A stretch of 64,000 bases of DNA from an uncultured Nitrososphaerota archaeon (GTDB taxonomy: Archaea; Thermoproteota; Nitrososphaeria; Nitrososphaerales; Gagatemarchaeaceae). A model generated the notes under the pieces. The model was not told the origin of the DNA. It ran no database searches and saw nothing but the letters and a program-made list of their open reading frames with translations. The position numbers were made by a program, and so were the translations under genes. Within the stretch, counting starts at the first letter, position 1. Every line of letters begins with the position of its first letter. The stretch spans positions 992,001 to 1,056,000 of the forward strand of contig OY969807.1 in assembly GCA_963703285.1 (NCBI GenBank), given 5' to 3'. This document shows, one piece after another, positions 60,204 through 64,000 of this stretch.

Positions 60204-60851
60204 ATGGCAGCGAAACCGGTGCCAAACGCGGTGGAAACCTCGGGACTCGCGGGCGGGTTCCTCACGGTCGTGGGCACGATATTTATCGCAGAGCTCACCG
60301 ACAAGGACGCTCTTCTCCTCCTATCACTCGCCACGAAGATGAGACCGATTCTCGTCTTCGCGGCGGGCTCGATTGCGTTCACGATTACCTCGGCAATCAT
60401 CGTCGTCCTAGGGTCGGCGCTCGTGGAGTACGTTCCAATCCTGTGGATCAAACTGGCCGGCGGGACGATAATGCTTGCCTATGCTGCGCTCGAGTATGTC
60501 GAAGGTCTGCGCATCGAGAAGGGCGTCCAGAGGAGCGAGACGAGCATTCGTGGTCGCCTCGGAAGGAAGGAGGCGCTCGCGTTCCTGGGAATACTGGGCT
60601 CGCTGATAACCCTGGACCTGGCCGGCGATGCCACCGAGCTGCTCACCGTCGTGTTTGTCGCGCAGTTCGACGACGCCCTGCTGGTCTTCGCAGGTGCCGT
60701 TGTCGCGCTCGTCGCGGCCAGCGCCCTGGAGACGGCCCTCGGCAGCCGGCTCGGTAAGGTCCTCTCGGCGCGAGGGGTGAGGAACCTGTCCGTGGTTGTG
60801 TTCCTCGTGATTGGTTCGATAGTGATAGTCACCAGCGGGATTCTGCCGTGA
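60204..60851 (+). CDS. TMEM165/GDT1 (UPF0016) cation exporter
   Basis: IFIAELTDKD and LDLAGDATEL repeats; six TMs. Confidence 0.8.
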   Translation: MAAKPVPNAVETSGLAGGFLTVVGTIFIAELTDKDALLLLSLATKMRPILVFAAGSIAFTITSAIIVVLGSALVEYVPILWIKLAGGTIMLAYAALEYVEGLRIEKGVQRSETSIRGRLGRKEALAFLGILGSLITLDLAGDATELLTVVFVAQFDDALLVFAGAVVALVAASALETALGSRLGKVLSARGVRNLSVVVFLVIGSIVIVTSGILP

Positions 60852-60896
60852 CCATACCCGAGCGGGACGGTCGTTTGGTGGTCCGCCAGCGGGTCG

Positions 60897-61568
60897 TTAG
60901 AAGCCTATGGGCTCACGAATGAGCACTAGCGTGGAGCGACCCGCAGGCCAGTCGCTGTTCATGATGAGGATCTTCGCCAGTCTGCTGGGCATCCCGTACG
61001 CCGCCCGCGCCCGGATGTCCTCCTTGGGATAGGCATAGAGCTGAATCCTGTTAAGCGCGGTCTCCAGGTCAGGAACGATCTTCTGTGAGCCCACCACGAA
61101 TATCACCTTCTCGGCCCCCGCCGAGTATGTCGCCAGCTGGCTACCGCTTGCCGAGGCTGCGATGAGCCGCCCGTCCTCGGTGACTGCGTGCACGCTCCCG
61201 ACTACCACGTCTGGAGTGGCGATGAGCCGTCTCCTCTCGGTCGTCTGCGTTTTGGGGTCCAGCTTGGCCAGTTCCTGACGGACAGACGTGTAGTTTCCGG
61301 ATTTGTTGATGTCGTCGTCGATGCCGGAGAGCCTCAAGGTCTCGCTCGGGGCCGTGTACACGCGCACGCCCTTCTGGAGGATGCTGTTGACGTACTCCCT
61401 CGCCTCCGCCGCGGTGTCGACGACGCGCACCGTCACGTTGTTCTTCGCGAGCGCCTCCGCGGTCCTCTGGATCCGTTCCTCCGACGCAGCTTTGGAGAAA
61501 CTGTGGTCTATCGGGATTCCGAACTCGGTCCTTCCGTATCTTTCGGTCGAACTCTGGCTAAGTGACAT
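60897..61568 (-). CDS. LUD-domain (LutC/YkgG-like) protein
   Basis: GSVHAVTEDG...SASGSQL...VVGSQKIV. Confidence 0.85.
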   Translation of the reverse strand: MSLSQSSTERYGRTEFGIPIDHSFSKAASEERIQRTAEALAKNNVTVRVVDTAAEAREYVNSILQKGVRVYTAPSETLRLSGIDDDINKSGNYTSVRQELAKLDPKTQTTERRRLIATPDVVVGSVHAVTEDGRLIAASASGSQLATYSAGAEKVIFVVGSQKIVPDLETALNRIQLYAYPKEDIRARAAYGMPSRLAKILIMNSDWPAGRSTLVLIREPIGF

Positions 61569-61636
61569 TTCTATCGGTCGCCCAATATTGGGAGTGCAAT
61601 ATAAGTATATCGGGTGTCCAACAATATGGAGTCTGA

Positions 61637-62092
61637 CTAGGGCTGAGGCATGGCGCGCCAAGCCCGGGCGGCTTCGTACCAGAATATCGCGCCGGCGATG
61701 GCAACCAGCAAGGTGAGCCATCCCGCAATGGGAACGCCCGAGTACTCCGTGAGGTAGACCCAGGCCATGTAGCCTACGAGGATGGTGTAGAAGACAGCGT
61801 AGAAGACGAACCGGGGTATCAGAGAAGTGCCGACTCTGAGGAAGTCCCTGAGAACGTCGACCTTGACCTCCTTCATCACCTCATACTCCCCGTTCTCCTC
61901 CCTGACCAGCCCGAGCTCGTTCAGTTTGTTGAGGTGGTACTGCGCCAGCGATGGGTTTGAGAGCCCGAGAGCGCGCTGCACCTCCCTCACGCCGACCCGG
62001 TCCCTCTTCAGGGCGTAGACATACACCCTCAGGGTGTTCCCCTTCAGTTCAGCGTCGACCTTTCCCTTCTCTGACAAGACGCGGGTCACCAT
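61637..62092 (-). CDS. membrane-anchored HTH transcriptional regulator
   Basis: LKGNTLRVY...GVREVQRALGLSNPSLAQYHLNKL plus two C-terminal TMs. Confidence 0.82.
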   Translation of the reverse strand: MVTRVLSEKGKVDAELKGNTLRVYVYALKRDRVGVREVQRALGLSNPSLAQYHLNKLNELGLVREENGEYEVMKEVKVDVLRDFLRVGTSLIPRFVFYAVFYTILVGYMAWVYLTEYSGVPIAGWLTLLVAIAGAIFWYEAARAWRAMPQP

Positions 62093-62140
62093 GGGACCGC
62101 CTCCTGGCTCTTTTAAATCAAAAATGGAGGGCAGAGACGG

Positions 62141-63364
62141 CTACGAGGCCGTCACCACTTCGCTGGCGGACGTCTGCGTCCCGATCACGGTCACGAGGTA
62201 CTGATGGCCCTTGATGATTCCGCCAATCGGTGTCTCGATTGCCATTCCTAGGAAGCCGATGATGATGATACCATGGTGCGTCAAGGTGGCAGTGGCGCCG
62301 GGCGGCAGCTCCAATCCTCGTTGTCCGAACAGGGACGCAGATATCGTGCTGGCGCTCGTCATCATGGTCGCATGCGCGAATACCTGAATCTGGACCAGCG
62401 TGCCGTTGCTGAGTACGACGAAGATGGCCGACTGCCCGAGTGCCGTCGGCAGCACTCCTCCGTGACCCGCGGCCGTCGCGTTGGCGACCGGCGTGATTGT
62501 GACGAGGTTAAGCAGGGTCGAGTTTCCTCCCGTGTTGAGGACCGTGAGGTTGAGGTAGGTCGAGTTCAGAGCCGCCGACCCTATAGAGATCTTGGCCGTG
62601 GACCTCTGCTCGATCGATTGCCACCAGCTGGAGCCGTTCAGGTTCATCTTGAACCCTTGCTGCTGTTGCTGCGTGGTGATGGCGCTGGAGGGTACGGGAT
62701 AAGCCGTCGCGACGGACGTTATGATGAACTCGGGGGTCGCCTGACTTCCCACGTTGATGACCGTCGGCGAGATATCGACCAGCGTCGCGCTCGGCGTCGA
62801 AGCGCTCACCTCGATGCCACCTACTATGGGTATCGACAGCTCGCTGGTCTGGACGAACGCTGTGTAGTTCGTACCGTAGTAAGTCACCTCTGCGCTCGTT
62901 ATGTTGAACCGGATTTCGTTGTAGATGCCGAAATTGACCCTGACAGATGAGATCGTCTGGCTGACGTTGACGGTACCCATCAGCTCGATCGAGCCCGATG
63001 CCTTCACGACTGTCCACCCGCTGTTGTTGCCGGCTCCCGATACGTGGACCTCGAGGTCGGCGTAGTTCACGTAGACCTTGGTGACGCCGGTGGGGACGCA
63101 GGGAGGGTCGGTGAGGAGGACGGAGAGCGTCCCCTGACCCTGGGGACCGGTCGACTGTTGGGACGTCGACTGCGTGGAAGCTTGTGAAGTCTGCTGGGAC
63201 GATTGCGCCGTCGCAGACGAGGTAGACGTCAACTGAAATGAAGAGCTGGAAGGAATCGTTGTCGTCGTCAGCAGTGTTCCGGAGAGCACCGCCGCTGAGA
63301 TCAGGGCTAATGCGGCGACCGCAGCGACTGTGGCTGCGAGGACCGTTGACCTCTTTGTGTTCAT
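62141..63364 (-). CDS. DUF4382-like surface protein
   Basis: N-terminal TM, S/T/Q linker, LSVLLTDPP motif. Confidence 0.7.
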   Translation of the reverse strand: MNTKRSTVLAATVAAVAALALISAAVLSGTLLTTTTIPSSSSFQLTSTSSATAQSSQQTSQASTQSTSQQSTGPQGQGTLSVLLTDPPCVPTGVTKVYVNYADLEVHVSGAGNNSGWTVVKASGSIELMGTVNVSQTISSVRVNFGIYNEIRFNITSAEVTYYGTNYTAFVQTSELSIPIVGGIEVSASTPSATLVDISPTVINVGSQATPEFIITSVATAYPVPSSAITTQQQQQGFKMNLNGSSWWQSIEQRSTAKISIGSAALNSTYLNLTVLNTGGNSTLLNLVTITPVANATAAGHGGVLPTALGQSAIFVVLSNGTLVQIQVFAHATMMTSASTISASLFGQRGLELPPGATATLTHHGIIIIGFLGMAIETPIGGIIKGHQYLVTVIGTQTSASEVVTAS

Positions 63365-63528
63365 GGCCTTGGGTTGCATGGTGAATGACTTGAACCAGCA
63401 TTTTTGAACGCGCCTCGGAGCGCGCATCTGGCTTCCAAGTCGTCGTTCATCCCAGTTGAACGTCACTGCAGCCGTCTGAACCTCGTGAACGCTTTAGAAC
63501 CGCTGAATCCGGACTGAGACAGTACAAA

Positions 63529-64000
63529 TTGGACCTGTTCCTCCTGCGATTGCTCCTCTCATTCGCCATCGGAGGGACGTGGGTGACGATAACCACGGAG
63601 GTTACGGTGAGGCACGGGTCCAGAGTCGGGGGCGTCCTGGCCGGGTTCCCGTCAATAGTCGCATTCTCCCTGGCCTTCATCGCTTGGACTCAATCGACCG
63701 GGGCCGCGGTGGACGCGACGACAGCGCTCCCCCTGGCGCTAGGCTTTACCGCCGCGTATCCCCTTGTCTACAGCGCCCTCGCCAAGGACAGAAGGTTCTC
63801 TGTCGCGCTCCTCTCCTCCCTTGCGTTCTGGGCCGTATCCGCTTTCACCACGACACTTATCATCATCGAAACCGGCGTTGGGTTCACCGTCTCGCTCGCC
63901 GGATTCCTCACGGTCTGGGCTCTTGCGTACATCTCCCTCTCCCGGAGGATCAAGGTGCGGGTCTCGGTTCGAGGCATAAGAATCAGGCCCTTCGACTGGT
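63529..64000 (+). CDS. membrane protein (DUF3147-like), 3' partial
   Basis: Open frame from TTG 63529 to the window end: LLLSFAIGG...GSRVGGVLAGFPS. Not in the ORF track because it has no stop. Confidence 0.6.
   Translation, partial: MDLFLLRLLLSFAIGGTWVTITTEVTVRHGSRVGGVLAGFPSIVAFSLAFIAWTQSTGAAVDATTALPLALGFTAAYPLVYSALAKDRRFSVALLSSLAFWAVSAFTTTLIIIETGVGFTVSLAGFLTVWALAYISLSRRIKVRVSVRGIRIRPFDW

Noticed and set aside
1-64000. CRISPR array, rRNA, IS element or integrase
   Set aside because: No regularly spaced repeats, rRNA-like tracts, transposase motifs or tyrosine-recombinase motifs were seen by eye.

Overview
A 64 kb, GC-rich, gene-dense archaeal chromosomal segment. Evidence for Archaea: a thermosome, NurA-HerA, BHB-intron tRNAs, TATA-type promoters and a geranylgeranyl reductase-like gene. 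The content suggests a non-ammonia-oxidising Nitrososphaerota-like heterotroph from an acidic habitat (inference). About 60 CDS cover housekeeping and transport functions, a Mo/W ABC uptake locus with its regulator, and an amide/amine catabolic cluster. There are two intron-containing tRNAs: Arg-CCT with a 45/46 intron, and Leu-TAA with two introns. Top result: a LAGLIDADG intein inserted immediately before the catalytic cysteine of a papain-like (C1A) protease, so the protease nucleophile is also the intein +1 nucleophile and activity should depend on splicing. A second LAGLIDADG intein splits the Walker A motif of HerA. Other points: an orphan contractile-tail tube gene with a partner next to the protease, a free-standing HTH-HNH gene, a hemerythrin mini-island at tRNA-Leu with a degenerate att repeat, and perfect palindromic operators at the thermosome and Mo/W transporter promoters. 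Five single-base frameshifts in otherwise intact genes suggest assembly indel errors, so pseudogene calls are tentative. No CRISPR array, rRNA, integrase or transposase was seen. All family assignments come from motif recognition by eye, not database searches.
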